Positions 31,381 to 42,410 of a stretch of DNA of 64,000 nucleotides are shown here, one piece after another (position 1 is the first letter of the stretch; every line of letters starts with the position of its first letter). The notes under the pieces are model-generated. The model saw nothing but the letters and a program-made list of their open reading frames with translations, had not been told where the DNA came from and did not search any database. The stretch is from NCBI GenBank assembly GCA_963706595.1, contig OY970166.1, positions 2,624,001-2,688,000 of the forward strand, given 5' to 3'. The translations under genes and the position numbers were made by a program. This DNA is from an uncultured cyanobacterium (GTDB taxonomy: Bacteria > Cyanobacteriota > Cyanobacteriia > Cyanobacteriales > Nostocaceae).

Positions 31381-31528
31381 ACCCCAGCGACACAAGCGCA
31401 CTATTAAATAGCTGTAGTTGATAATTTTTCGAGGTGATGAATGGTTATTAGTTGCTCGTAGAAATTACTTTTTAGCCAATAGTGAATAAATTCTGTAACT
31501 TATCCACTATTAACCAATAACCTGGAAA

Positions 31529-32347
31529 TTACTGCTTTTTAGCTGCCAACTTGACATTAGTAGCCAGACCAAATACTTGCAGCAATTGAATTGTCATCCA
31601 AGTTAAATCAATTTCCCACCATTCCAGCCCGTGACGAGCTGAGTATTGAAAAGCATGGTGATTATTATGCCAGCCTTCGCCGAATACTAGCACAGCGACC
31701 CACCAGCAATTTGTGGAGCGATCGCCTGCATCATAGCTGCGATAACCAAATTTATGCGTAGCGCTGTTCACCAACCAGGTGCAGTGGTAGACCCACACAA
31801 TGCGAACAAATATTCCCCAAACCACAAAAGACCAGCCACCCAGATACATGAGTAATAAACCCAGTGCTACCTGAACCAAAATGAAATATTTCTGTAAAAA
31901 CTGATAAACTGGGTCTTCGGCAAGATCCTTGGTAAAACGAGGAACATCAGCGTGAGCGGGAGAGTGATAAATTAACCAACCCATATGACTCCACCAGAAG
32001 CCTTTATTGGAATCGTGGGGATCTGGGTCAGTATCAGAATGTACGTGATGAATGCGATGTGTCCCGATCCACTCAATTGGTCCACCTTGACAGGCCAAAG
32101 TCCCGCAAAAGACTAAGAAATATTCCAGCCATTTGGGAGTTTGAAAACTGCGGTGAGTTACCAGACGGTGAAATCCCAGGGTAATCCCCAGTCCACCGGT
32201 GATCCAGTAAAGCAATAAAGCTACACCAACGGCATTCCAGCTAAAGTTACCGGGAAGAAAAGCGAACAAAGCGCCGATGTGCAGGGCTAGGAAAAACAGG
32301 GTATTTACCCAGTTAATTTGAAGTTTCGTTGAAGTAGCAATTGTCAT
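31529..32347 (-). CDS. desC: Delta-9 acyl-lipid desaturase
   Basis: GFHRLVTHRSF, HRIHH and GEGWHNNHH boxes. Confidence 0.92.
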   Translation of the reverse strand: MTIATSTKLQINWVNTLFFLALHIGALFAFLPGNFSWNAVGVALLLYWITGGLGITLGFHRLVTHRSFQTPKWLEYFLVFCGTLACQGGPIEWIGTHRIHHVHSDTDPDPHDSNKGFWWSHMGWLIYHSPAHADVPRFTKDLAEDPVYQFLQKYFILVQVALGLLLMYLGGWSFVVWGIFVRIVWVYHCTWLVNSATHKFGYRSYDAGDRSTNCWWVAVLVFGEGWHNNHHAFQYSARHGLEWWEIDLTWMTIQLLQVFGLATNVKLAAKKQ

Positions 32348-32431
32348 GCAATAACCCGATTGAAATTGTCTAACCTAATCTGCGGGGTTTGAAAATCCGC
32401 ATATCTATAATTTTTTCTAAAAGAGGAACTA

Positions 32432-33665
32432 ATGAACAGCTTAGAACAGCTGCGGCAAGCAGAACAGGCACTAATAGAGATTTTTTCTGGAATTGATGCT
32501 CAGGTCAAGCATAATCTCAAACGTGTCCTAGATGCCTTTCGTAATCACCGTGTAGGCGCACACCATTTTGCTGGTGTTAGTGGCTATGGTCACGATGATT
32601 TAGGACGAGAAACTTTAGATAAAGTTTTTGCCGAAGTTATGGGCGCTGAAGCTGCGGCCGTGCGGGTGCAGTTCGTTTCTGGAACTCATGCGATCGCTTG
32701 CGGCTTATTTGGTGTTCTCCGTCCTGGAGATGAAATGTTAGCAGTGGTCGGTTCTCCCTACGATACGCTCGAAGAAGTCATTGGTTTACGGGGTAAAGGC
32801 CAAGGCTCCCTTATTGAGTTTGGCATAAATTACCGCCAATTGGAGCTAACCCCCCAAGGAACTATAGATTGGGAAACTTTAAGTCATAGTGTGGCTGACC
32901 ATACGCGTTTAGTATTAATTCAACGCTCTTGTGGTTATTCCTGGCGACCGAGTTTATCAATAGCCGATATCGAAAAAATCGTTCATTTAGTTAAACAGCA
33001 AAATCCCAACACCGTCTGTTTTGTCGATAACTGTTACGGCGAATTCATTGAAACCAGAGAACCTACAGATGTGGGTGTGGATTTAATGGCGGGGTCATTA
33101 ATTAAAAATCCTGGGGGAACGATTGTCACAGCTGGCGGTTATGTTGCTGGTCGGGCTGACTTAGTAGAAGCAGCAGCTTGTCGTTTAACTGCGCCGGGGA
33201 TTGGTAGTTATGGTGGGGCGACCTTTGACCAAAATCGGTTGTTATTCCAAGGGTTATTTTTAGCTCCCCAGATGGTCGGGGAGGCGATGAAAGGGACTCA
33301 CTTAACTGGTTATGTGTTTGATAAATTGGGTTATCCCGTAAATCCCGCACCCCTTGCGCCTCGTGGGGATGTGATTCAGGCGATTAAATTAGGTTCTGCT
33401 GCCAAGTTAATTGCTTTCTGTAAGGCGATTCAGCAGCATTCACCTGTGGGTTCTTATCTCGAACCTATTCCCGATGAAATACCGGGGTATGAGAGCCAGG
33501 TGGTGATGGCTGGGGGGACGTTTATTGAGGGGAGTACTTTGGAGTTTTCGGCGGATCGGACCTTTAAGAGAGCCTTATGTGGTTTATTGTCAGGGGGGGA
33601 CTCATTGGACTCATGTGGCGATCGCATTAGAAGCGGCGATGGATGCTGTGGGTTTTAAGAGTTAA
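32432..33665 (+). CDS. Methionine gamma-lyase / aluminium-resistance family PLP protein, with a +1 frameshift near 33557
   Basis: GYGHDDLGR, FVSGTHA, DNCYGEF, GSLIKNPGG motifs; removing one C at ~33557 restores SADGPLREPYVVYCQGG...FKS* ending at 33665. Confidence 0.85.
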
Positions 33666-33672
33666 GATTATT

Positions 33673-33735
33673 TCACGCAAAGACGCAAAGAACCCCTTTC
33701 AACTCTTTCCTTTGCGCCTTTGCGCCTTTGCGTGA
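33673..33735. terminator. Repeat-derived long inverted repeat between convergent genes
   Basis: tcacgcaaagacgcaaag ... ctttgcgcctttgcgcctttgcgtga. Confidence 0.5.
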
Positions 33736-33739
33736 GCCA

Positions 33740-34933
33740 TCAATCCGGTAACTTATACTGTCCCACAATCCTCTTAGCAAACTCCGGCACATGAGCCGCC
33801 AACTTCTCAGGATAATTCCGCTTCACATACAAATAATTCCGCGTAAAATGCGAATCAATGGAAAACCGCGCATACTCTAGCCCTTTCGGTCCAATTTTTT
33901 CAATCACCACACCCATCAATTTCGCCGCCCACATCGGTAGAGTCACGCCCTTATCGTAAGCAGGAATACTCTGTTGCACAGCTTCCTTCCTGTTCCCTTG
34001 AGACATCACCGGCTGAGTGTCTAATTGGTCTTGCACCAAGTCCAGCATTTCTTTACCTGTATCATTTCTGACTACAATCCACTGCCAGCCGAAGGGTGCG
34101 CCCATATAACCCACAACTAAATCAGCCAGGGAATTAACGTAATCAAAGCAAGTCATACAGGAAGGTGCAAAAACATCTTTGAGTTTGTTGGTCTTCAAAC
34201 CAAAGAATGGCACGGTTTCTGTGGAACCATCCTCATGTTTGAAGTGAACTCGGAAGTCTTGCATAAATTCATAATGCACCACTGTTTCAGGTGAACGGCT
34301 GGTGGTTTCTAAGAATGTTTGCAGTCCGGCGCGGGTAACGTTATCTACACAAGGTGTACCCAATACATATAATTTTTCTAAGCCTAGTTCTTTTTCTACG
34401 GCTCTCAGGGCTTGAATTTGGCAACCTACACCAATGACTAATAACCGTTTCATCCCCGATTTTTCTATTTGTTCTAAAACAGAAAGGTTGGGTGATAATG
34501 TGGGTTTATTTACTCTAGCTGCCAGTATTTCTTCTGGGGTACGGGCGATCACAGGCATGGGTTGAAAGCGGTCTTCTTTGGTGTTTTGGACACAGACAAC
34601 ACCTTCAACTAAGCCGCGATTCAGCATTTCAATGGCAATGCTACTGACAATACCTGTCCATTGTGCGCCTTCGATGGGCTGCTGTTTGCGGGCGGCGATC
34701 ATGTCTTGATGAACACCAAAGTATAGTTCATTTTCATTATCTAGGTTGCGCGATCGCTTGTGGGTTTCTTCTTCGAGTCCCCCTATCTGCTGATTAATAA
34801 AAGCGCAGGCTTCCTTGACATAATGAATATAGTATGTATCACACAGTCCGCACTCGCTACAGAGTTCTTTCGCCGGGCGGCGACTAGTAGATTTGAGGGC
34901 TTTGGCTTTTTTGTGAGGAGAAACTGAAGTCAT
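33740..34933 (-). CDS. bciB: F420 hydrogenase beta-subunit family; ferredoxin-dependent 8-vinyl (divinyl chlorophyllide) reductase
   Basis: CSECGLC, GAQWTG, GVGCQ, GTPCVDN and SCMTCFDY motifs. Confidence 0.85.
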   Translation of the reverse strand: MTSVSPHKKAKALKSTSRRPAKELCSECGLCDTYYIHYVKEACAFINQQIGGLEEETHKRSRNLDNENELYFGVHQDMIAARKQQPIEGAQWTGIVSSIAIEMLNRGLVEGVVCVQNTKEDRFQPMPVIARTPEEILAARVNKPTLSPNLSVLEQIEKSGMKRLLVIGVGCQIQALRAVEKELGLEKLYVLGTPCVDNVTRAGLQTFLETTSRSPETVVHYEFMQDFRVHFKHEDGSTETVPFFGLKTNKLKDVFAPSCMTCFDYVNSLADLVVGYMGAPFGWQWIVVRNDTGKEMLDLVQDQLDTQPVMSQGNRKEAVQQSIPAYDKGVTLPMWAAKLMGVVIEKIGPKGLEYARFSIDSHFTRNYLYVKRNYPEKLAAHVPEFAKRIVGQYKLPD

Positions 34934-35108
34934 ATTAAACGCAATTTTTTATCTCAAAACTTAAGATAGCGGAATGCTGTATTTTACACAAAATTTCAGA
35001 GCAATTCTACACGTCTACCATCAGGGAACCTTTACGCTAAGTGCCAATTCATTCAATACTGACAACTACAGCACGAACCAGTCTAATAATTTACTTCAGG
35101 ATGAAATT

Positions 35109-35732
35109 ATGAAAAAACAAGTGATTACAAAATTTGGACTTTTTATTACCTTGGCTTTCATCTCAATTTTGGCTGGTTGTGACACAAACGCACAAACTGA
35201 ACAATCACCACCTATCTCAGATGCTTCCACTGAACAAGCAAAGCCTGTTTCAGAAGTTCCTGCTGAACAAGCAAAGCCTGTCTCAGATCCTCCTGACTGT
35301 GAAAATGGTTGTCAGAAACTAGCAACAGACACCAGCTTTAGTCAATCATCAATTCAGCCTGAAGTTTTTGCTAACCTGCCAAAATGGAACAATATCTGTG
35401 AACAAACTAACCAAAATACTTATTGTTCTATTCTGAAACCTTATCAATTTGCTAATGGCATAGTTTATCTAAAAGTCTCTGGTACAGAATCTTTTATCAC
35501 TGATATTCAGTTTACATCCAGTATTGAACAAGATCAAGCTATGAGTATTGCTAAAGCTGCCCTCAACAGTCAACAGCCTTTTGAAAAAACCGAAAAAACC
35601 CCAGATAAAATAATTTTGTATAGCAATCCTTTTGAACGAGGGAATGATACTGATTATTTAGAAGTAACTCATTTAAATTTAAATTCTGAAAACCAAGTTC
35701 CTCAGATTACTTCCTATTCTACAACTCCTTAA
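35109..35732 (+). CDS. Hypothetical lipoprotein
   Basis: MKKQ...ILAGC lipobox; internal 33-bp-period duplication (EQAKPVS twice). Confidence 0.75.
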   Translation: MKKQVITKFGLFITLAFISILAGCDTNAQTEQSPPISDASTEQAKPVSEVPAEQAKPVSDPPDCENGCQKLATDTSFSQSSIQPEVFANLPKWNNICEQTNQNTYCSILKPYQFANGIVYLKVSGTESFITDIQFTSSIEQDQAMSIAKAALNSQQPFEKTEKTPDKIILYSNPFERGNDTDYLEVTHLNLNSENQVPQITSYSTTP

Positions 35733-35743
35733 ATAAAATACAT

Positions 35744-35788
35744 AACCTCACCCCCAACCCCTCTCCTTACTAAGGAGAGGGGAGAAAT
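35744..35788 (+). repeat. Dispersed C-rich hairpin repeat
   Basis: aacctcacccccaacccctctccttactaaggagaggggagaaat. Confidence 0.8.
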
Positions 35789-36688
35789 TCATCTTCCTCA
35801 ACCATCAAATAACTGTATCTGAGAATTCCCATTTCTTCCTCTGTGTACTCTGCGCCTCTGTGGTTCGTTATCAAAGAAAAAGTCGATAAATAACAAGCTG
35901 ATTTGTGATTTACCTAGTGTGTTTGCAACCTGACTCCAGTTCATTCTAAATTGTGATAAAATACTCAATTTTACGGGAATACATTCACAATTTTTTAATT
36001 CTAATTATTAAGGTTTTGTGATTGGCTCAATAATTACTTTATATTGGTGTAGTAATTTTCTGGTGTCTTGCGGAAAACCTGCGTCTGCTTTAAGTTATGT
36101 GCCGTATATATTTTTCGACTGTACTCCCAAAAATTCACCTGATTATTGGTAATTTAGGTAAAATATGCACCTCCTGAGAAGTATTGACATCTAAAATTGT
36201 TGAGCTTTTATATTGCATATTCTGAGAAAACATTATAAATTATGAAATTATAGGGGAATAATCTAATTTACCGCCTCAAAAATAAATTTTGATTAAGTAA
36301 ATCTACCAGACACAGTTAAAACTGCACACACCTTAAGTAATACCGGAGATATATTCTTGTTTGGTCAAGTCAGGTTACGGATGTACAGACAAGACACAGA
36401 ATCATCTGGGAATATATATGGTGTCGCTGTTTTGAGGAGTAATGAAATTGCTTGAATCCAAAAATACTGAGCTACGATTCACAAAGAAGTCACAAAGAAG
36501 ATAATTAAAAATCAATTAATTCTAGATTAAGTTGCGGAGAAATCGGTAGCTTAAGTTATTATTTATAAGTTATTTTTTCAAAGCAATTTGCTATTCAAAA
36601 CATAGTTTTTGTTATGCTAAAAATAGCATAAATAGTCAATGAAGGCGCATCTACTAAAAAATCACCCCCTGAATGGAGTTACCTAGCG

Positions 36689-38137
36689 ATGCCAATAAAT
36701 GAAGTCCTAACAGATGAAAATATAGAAGAACAAGCATGGCGAGCGTTAGAGAAGTCAATTCTCTATTATCAAGGTCGCCCCATTGGGACTGTAGCCGCTT
36801 ATGATGCATCTGTAGAAGCACTAAATTATGACCAGTGCTTTGTCCGGGATTTTGTTTCTTCAGCGTTAATTTTTCTGATCAAAGGTAGAACAGATATTGT
36901 TCGTAATTTCCTGGAAGAAACATTAAAGTTACAGCCTAAAGAAAGGGAATTAGATGCTTATAAGCCTGGGCGTGGGTTAATTCCAGCTAGCTTTAAAGTT
37001 GTAGTAGAAAATGGAGAGGAACATTTAGAAGCTGATTTTGGGGAACACGCGATCGCTAGAGTCACTCCAGTAGATTCTTGTCTCTGGTGGATTATTTTGT
37101 TACGTGCTTATGTAGTCGCTACAAAGGATTATTCCATCGCCTATCAACCTGAGTTCCAGAAAGGTATCCGGTTAATTATCGAAATCTGCTTGGCTAATCG
37201 CTTTGATATGTACCCGACGCTGTTGGTTCCCGATGGCGCTTGTATGATTGACCGTCGGATGGGTATCTATGGTCATCCTCTAGAACTTCAGGTTTTATTT
37301 TATGCGGCTTTGCGTGGGGCGCGTGAGATGCTGGTTTGTAAAGGTAATCAAGATTTAGTCGCAGCAATTGATAACCGCTTACCACTTTTGTGCGCTCATG
37401 TTCGCCAGCATTATTGGATAGATATTAATCGCCTCAATGCAATTTATCGCTTCAGGAGTGAAGAATATGGCAAAGGCGCAGTGAATCTATTTAATATCTA
37501 TGTAGACTCTCTTCCCTATTACGAATTAGACAAATGGCTACCGAGAAAAGGTGGTTATTTAGCTGGTAATGTTGGTCCATCGCAGTTAGACACGCGTTTC
37601 TTTGCACTGGGTAACTTGATGGCAATTATTTCCGATTTAGCCACCGAAGAACAGTCACAAGCCATTATGACTTTGATTGAAGAACGTTGGGACGATTTGG
37701 TGGGAGATATGCCGATGAAAATCTGTTTCCCAGCTTTAGAAAGCGAAGAATACAGAATTGTTACAGGATGTGATCCTAAAAATATCCCTTGGTCATATCA
37801 TAATGCTGGAAGTTGGCCGGTATTAATGTGGATGTTCGCCGCAGCAGCTGTAAAAACCAATAAAACTGGTTTAGCCAGAAGGACTATTGAAATTGCCAAA
37901 GCCAGATTGAGTGAAGATGAATGGCCAGAGTATTATGACGGTAAGAAAGGGCGACTAATTGGCAAACAAGCCAGGAAATATCAAACTTGGACAATTGCTG
38001 GGTTCTTGTTGGCAAAAGAACTCATGGATAATCCCAATTATTTACCGTTAGTGAGTTTTGATGAATTACCGCCTGAAGCAATTTCCCGCGCCTGTGAGTT
38101 TGAAATTGGCAGTGTAGAACCTTACATACCTCGATAG
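36689..38137 (+). CDS. Alkaline/neutral invertase (GH100), InvB-like
   Basis: [49 protein letters not shown] and WPEYYDG motifs. Confidence 0.93.
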   Translation: MPINEVLTDENIEEQAWRALEKSILYYQGRPIGTVAAYDASVEALNYDQCFVRDFVSSALIFLIKGRTDIVRNFLEETLKLQPKERELDAYKPGRGLIPASFKVVVENGEEHLEADFGEHAIARVTPVDSCLWWIILLRAYVVATKDYSIAYQPEFQKGIRLIIEICLANRFDMYPTLLVPDGACMIDRRMGIYGHPLELQVLFYAALRGAREMLVCKGNQDLVAAIDNRLPLLCAHVRQHYWIDINRLNAIYRFRSEEYGKGAVNLFNIYVDSLPYYELDKWLPRKGGYLAGNVGPSQLDTRFFALGNLMAIISDLATEEQSQAIMTLIEERWDDLVGDMPMKICFPALESEEYRIVTGCDPKNIPWSYHNAGSWPVLMWMFAAAAVKTNKTGLARRTIEIAKARLSEDEWPEYYDGKKGRLIGKQARKYQTWTIAGFLLAKELMDNPNYLPLVSFDELPPEAISRACEFEIGSVEPYIPR

Positions 38138-38233
38138 TAGATAGCACTAGGTTAATGATATCTAATATGTAGAAACTAAGTGCATTAATACTTCAGAGAA
38201 AGTGTGTAAACTGTCAAAAATAAACATTATTTT

Positions 38234-38263
38234 AAAGCCCCTGTGTAGTTCTATGGGGCTTTT
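38234..38263 (+). terminator. Intrinsic terminator after the first invertase
   Basis: AAAGCCCC-13 nt-GGGGCTTTT. Confidence 0.65.
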
Positions 38264-38547
38264 ATTATTCTCTAAATTGCTCTGAGTGATCACTTTTAAA
38301 ATAGAGCGTATGTGACAATGAGGTAAATGAGTAACTTGGGTTATCCTGAGAGTATGGACGGTAGAATATCGCCCTAGATACTATGCGGGCAGGATGGCGA
38401 CTCCAGAAAATTTATAAGCTGAAGATGGGTACTTGATTTACTTGCAAAGTGCTGTATCCATTACCATACTAAAAAGTATTGAAAATCAAGAGTTAAACTC
38501 TGGTTTTTCTCTAGGTAAAATCCCCTCAAATTGGAGTGTTTCTCGGA

Positions 38548-39963
38548 ATGGAAAGAGAGGAAGTAGTCATAGCTGATGATTTAGAGAAACAGGCTTGGGA
38601 AATTTTACAAAAGTCGATTCTTTACTACCAAGGTCGTCCTGTAGGTACAATGACTACCTATGATTCTTCGCTAAAAGCGTTAAATCATGACCATTGTTTT
38701 ATCAGGGATTTTGTGCCGTCAGCATTACTGTTTTTAATTAAAGGTAAATATGATATTGTCCGTAATTTTCTAGAAGAAACTTTAAAGTTACAACCTAAAA
38801 AAGGTTTATTTGATGCTTATATACCTGGGCAGGGTTTGATACCAGCCAGCTTCAAAGTTGTATCAAAAGATGGGGAAGAATATTTAGAAGCGGATTTTGG
38901 TGAACAAGCGATCGCCAGAGTTACACCTGTTGATTCTTGTCTGTGGTGGATTATAATACTATATGCTTATGTCAAAGCTACAAAAGATATAAGTTTCGCC
39001 TTGCAGCCAGAATTTCAGCAGGGAATTACGTTAATCATGGAACTCTGCTTGGCGACACGGTTTGATATGTACCCCACGCTGTTAGTTCCAGATGGCGCTT
39101 GTATGATTTATCGGCGTATGGGTATCTATGGATATCCTTTGGAAATTCAAGCTTTATTTTATTCGGCGTTGCATTCGGCGCGGAAGTTGCTGATTTGTGC
39201 AGGTGATGAAGAGATTGTCGTCGGGATTGATAACCGCTTACCTCTATTAAGAGATCATATTCGTCATCACTATTGGATTGATATGAAGCGATTGAATGTA
39301 ATTTATCGCTTTAAAGGTGAAGAATACGGAGAGTCAGCAGTCAATCAATTTAATATATATCCTGATTCCATTCCCTATGCTAATTTAGCTATGTGGTTGC
39401 CTAAACACGGTGGTTACTTAGCAGGTAATGTTGGACCATCGCAACTAGATACACGTTTTTTTGCATTGGGAAATATGATGGCGATTATTTCCTCTCTTAC
39501 CAGTGAACAGCAATCTCAAGCCATTATGAATCTCATTGAAGAACAGTGGGATGATTTGGTGGGAGAAATGCCGATGAAAATCTGTTTCCCGGCTGTAGAA
39601 AAGGATGAATACAGAATTTTTACCGGATGTGACCCCAGAAATGTCCCTTGGTCATACCATAATGGTGGTAGTTGGCCGGTATTATTGTGGTCGTTAATTG
39701 CTGCGGCTCAAAAAACAGGTAGAACGGATATTGCTAACCGCGCGTTGGAAATTGCCGAAACACGTCTGAGTCAAGATAATTGGCCGGAATATTACGATGG
39801 TACACGGGGGCTGTTAATTGGTAAGCAAGCGAGAAGATATCAAACCTGGACAATTTCCGGCTTTCTATTGGCAAAAGAATTGATGCGAAATTCGGCGCAT
39901 TTAGGATTAATTAGTTTTGCACAATTTGATTTAGAGAATGCTTCCCAGTCTTGTGAATTGTAA
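38548..39963 (+). CDS. Second alkaline/neutral invertase (GH100), tandem paralogue
   Basis: Colinear with 36689..38137; VPDGA and WPEYYDG motifs retained. Confidence 0.9.
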   Translation: MEREEVVIADDLEKQAWEILQKSILYYQGRPVGTMTTYDSSLKALNHDHCFIRDFVPSALLFLIKGKYDIVRNFLEETLKLQPKKGLFDAYIPGQGLIPASFKVVSKDGEEYLEADFGEQAIARVTPVDSCLWWIIILYAYVKATKDISFALQPEFQQGITLIMELCLATRFDMYPTLLVPDGACMIYRRMGIYGYPLEIQALFYSALHSARKLLICAGDEEIVVGIDNRLPLLRDHIRHHYWIDMKRLNVIYRFKGEEYGESAVNQFNIYPDSIPYANLAMWLPKHGGYLAGNVGPSQLDTRFFALGNMMAIISSLTSEQQSQAIMNLIEEQWDDLVGEMPMKICFPAVEKDEYRIFTGCDPRNVPWSYHNGGSWPVLLWSLIAAAQKTGRTDIANRALEIAETRLSQDNWPEYYDGTRGLLIGKQARRYQTWTISGFLLAKELMRNSAHLGLISFAQFDLENASQSCEL

Positions 39964-40209
39964 ATTGTTGTTTCTGTTGGTTGTGGTGCAAAGGTGCGGG
40001 AACGAGCAAACATTGGCGTTGCTGATTGAAAGTATGAATTATTCTCACGCATCAGCGTATCGCTAATGCGGAGCGTGCCGTAGGCTCTAGTATGAAGTAT
40101 GTTAGGCGCAAAAAATTCTTGTTTATTCAGATTAAAAAAGTTCAATTCAATTTTAGTATTCCCCAATTCAGCCAGAAATTAACATTGAATTGAGTGAGTA
40201 GGCGATCGC

Positions 40210-40309
40210 ACTTTTCAAGGGATATGGAAAAACCAACACGAAACCTAACCCCCTAGCCTTGTCGGTGAGATGAATGAAGCGAGGTTTTGCAGATACTGTG
40301 AAAAGTCAG
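40210..40309. mobile_element. ~100-bp MITE-like element flanked by HIP1 on both sides
   Basis: Imperfect TIRs ACTTTTCAAGGGATATGGAAAA and TTTTGCAGATACTGTGAAAAGT (17/22 match); GCGATCGC at 40202-40209 and 40310-40317. Confidence 0.5.
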
Positions 40310-40330
40310 GCGATCGCATTCGTTCAGATA

Positions 40331-40834
40331 TCAAAACTTAGCTAAATTAAACACAAAATTTGTTTGTGTATCCAATAAATTACCGGATATTTTGCTCCCA
40401 CAGTTTTGGAAATTTCCTTGCAGTGTCGCTACTTTTTTCTGGATTTTCAAATTGTTCTGTAATTTTGACTCCCATAATTGCAGAGTTACAGTATTACCTT
40501 GCACCGAAGCTATTGCTTTTCCCTGATTCAAATTTCCAGATGAGCCAAGAAATTTCCAATTTCCCTGTGGAGTGGCTTTTCCCGAAGCAATACTGATCTC
40601 TACAGAAGTTGTAGCATCATCACCATTTGCAACTATAATACCTTTCCAGTTACCGATAATTGATGCTTTACTACATAGCTGAGGCTGGAATTGAGGCTGC
40701 TGGTTAATTTGGCGGAAGTTTGTCTGTGCAGAAGCGGCGGAAATGTTACCCGAAAGTGCTAAACCAGTGGAGACAGATATTGTAGAAACTGTCATCATAG
40801 TAGCAAGAGCAATAGATTTTATAGAAAGTTTCAT
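40331..40834 (-). CDS. Hypothetical secreted protein
   Basis: Signal peptide ending ASA-Q; beta-rich mature part with two Cys. Confidence 0.7.
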   Translation of the reverse strand: MKLSIKSIALATMMTVSTISVSTGLALSGNISAASAQTNFRQINQQPQFQPQLCSKASIIGNWKGIIVANGDDATTSVEISIASGKATPQGNWKFLGSSGNLNQGKAIASVQGNTVTLQLWESKLQNNLKIQKKVATLQGNFQNCGSKISGNLLDTQTNFVFNLAKF

Positions 40835-41002
40835 GGTATTTTGTTTCTTTTAGTTAGTGTGGATAAAAGAAGTTTTTTATCTTCCTTCACTAACTCCATA
40901 GGTCTACCTCTAATTATTTATGCAGTTATAAATAGGCAAAAATTTTTGCTGATTTTTTCTCACCTCTGCATCCTCTGCGGTTCAAATCATCTACTATATT
41001 TC

Positions 41003-42352
41003 ATGACAAATCCCCGTCAAATAGCTTTTAATGCCTTGCGAGATGTTCACAAAGGAGCTTATGCTGATGTGGCTTTAAATAGAGGCCTGCAAAAAGTTAC
41101 CTTACCGAATCACGATCGCCGTTTACTGACAGAATTAGTATATGGCAGTGTCAGAAGACAACGCACCCTCGACGCACTTATAGACCAACTCGCCACTAAA
41201 AAATCTCACCAACAACCCAAAGACCTCCGCAGCATCCTACATCTGGGTTTATACCAACTGCGTTATCAAGAGCGTATCCCCGCTTCGGCGGCTGTGAACA
41301 CCACCGTCGAACTAGCTAAAGAAAATGGCTTTTCTGGTCTGACAGGTTTTGTGAATGGTCTATTGCGGCAATACATCCGGTTAGCGGAGAAATTATCAGA
41401 ACCTTTAAAGCTACCTGAGAATCCAGTGGAACGTTTGGGAATTTTACACAGTTTTCCTGATTGGATTATTCAGGTTTGGTTAGACCAATTGGATTTGGCT
41501 GAGACAGAAAATCTCTGTGATTGGATGAACCAAACACCGACAATTGATTTACGAATTAATCCCCTGCGGACTTCTATTGAGGAAGTTGAAACAACTTTAG
41601 AGTCGGCGGGAATTTTAACGCGGCGGGTTAACCATTGTCCCCAAGCTTTAAGATTAATTGGGAGTACCGGCGCAATTCAAAATCTGCCCGGATTTAACGA
41701 GGGTTGGTGGTCTGTACAAGATGCTAGCGCTCAACAGGTGGGTTATTTACTTAATCCCCAAACTGGTGAGGTGGTGATTGATGCTTGTGCTGCACCTGGG
41801 GGGAAAACTACCCATATTGCCGAGTTAATGGGGGATGAGGGGGAAATTTGGGCTTGCGATCGCACTGCGTCCCGATTGCGTAAACTGAAAGAAAATGCTC
41901 AACGGCTGCATTTACAATCTATTCAAATTTGCACAGGTGATAGCCGCAATTTACCGCAATTTTACAATACAGGCGATCGCCTCTTACTCGATGCTCCATG
42001 CTCTGGCTTGGGAACCCTACACCGCCACGCTGATGCACGTTGGCGACAAACACCGGAATCTGTGCAGGAACTTTCAATTTTGCAAACAGAACTCTTAGCA
42101 CATACATCTGAGTTTGTCAAGCCCGGAGGTACACTGATTTATGCCACCTGTACCCTACACCCAGCCGAAAATGAAGGTGTGATTTCGACATTTTTAATTA
42201 ATCATCCCCAATGGCAAATTCAGCCCCCAGAGGTAGATTCGCCGAATTATGCCTATTCCACACCCCAAGGCTGGCTTAAAGTCTGGCCTCATCGACAGAA
42301 CATGGATGGCTTTTTTATGGTGCGCTTAAGAAAAGCCAACGATTCCGAATGA
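41003..42352 (+). CDS. rsmB: 16S rRNA m5C967 methyltransferase
   Basis: NusB-like N-terminus plus VQD, DACAAPGGKT, DAPCSG and YATCTL motifs. Confidence 0.93.
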   Translation: MTNPRQIAFNALRDVHKGAYADVALNRGLQKVTLPNHDRRLLTELVYGSVRRQRTLDALIDQLATKKSHQQPKDLRSILHLGLYQLRYQERIPASAAVNTTVELAKENGFSGLTGFVNGLLRQYIRLAEKLSEPLKLPENPVERLGILHSFPDWIIQVWLDQLDLAETENLCDWMNQTPTIDLRINPLRTSIEEVETTLESAGILTRRVNHCPQALRLIGSTGAIQNLPGFNEGWWSVQDASAQQVGYLLNPQTGEVVIDACAAPGGKTTHIAELMGDEGEIWACDRTASRLRKLKENAQRLHLQSIQICTGDSRNLPQFYNTGDRLLLDAPCSGLGTLHRHADARWRQTPESVQELSILQTELLAHTSEFVKPGGTLIYATCTLHPAENEGVISTFLINHPQWQIQPPEVDSPNYAYSTPQGWLKVWPHRQNMDGFFMVRLRKANDSE

Positions 42353-42410
42353 ATACTGTTTGTGATTGTACTATTTTGTTGAAGCCCCGAATCTACCGGA
42401 AGAGGCAGCA

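Noticed and set aside
36342..36347. Heterocyst DIF1 promoter motif upstream of the invertase
   Set aside because: ACCGGA is a mismatch to TCCGGA and there is no convincing -10 element
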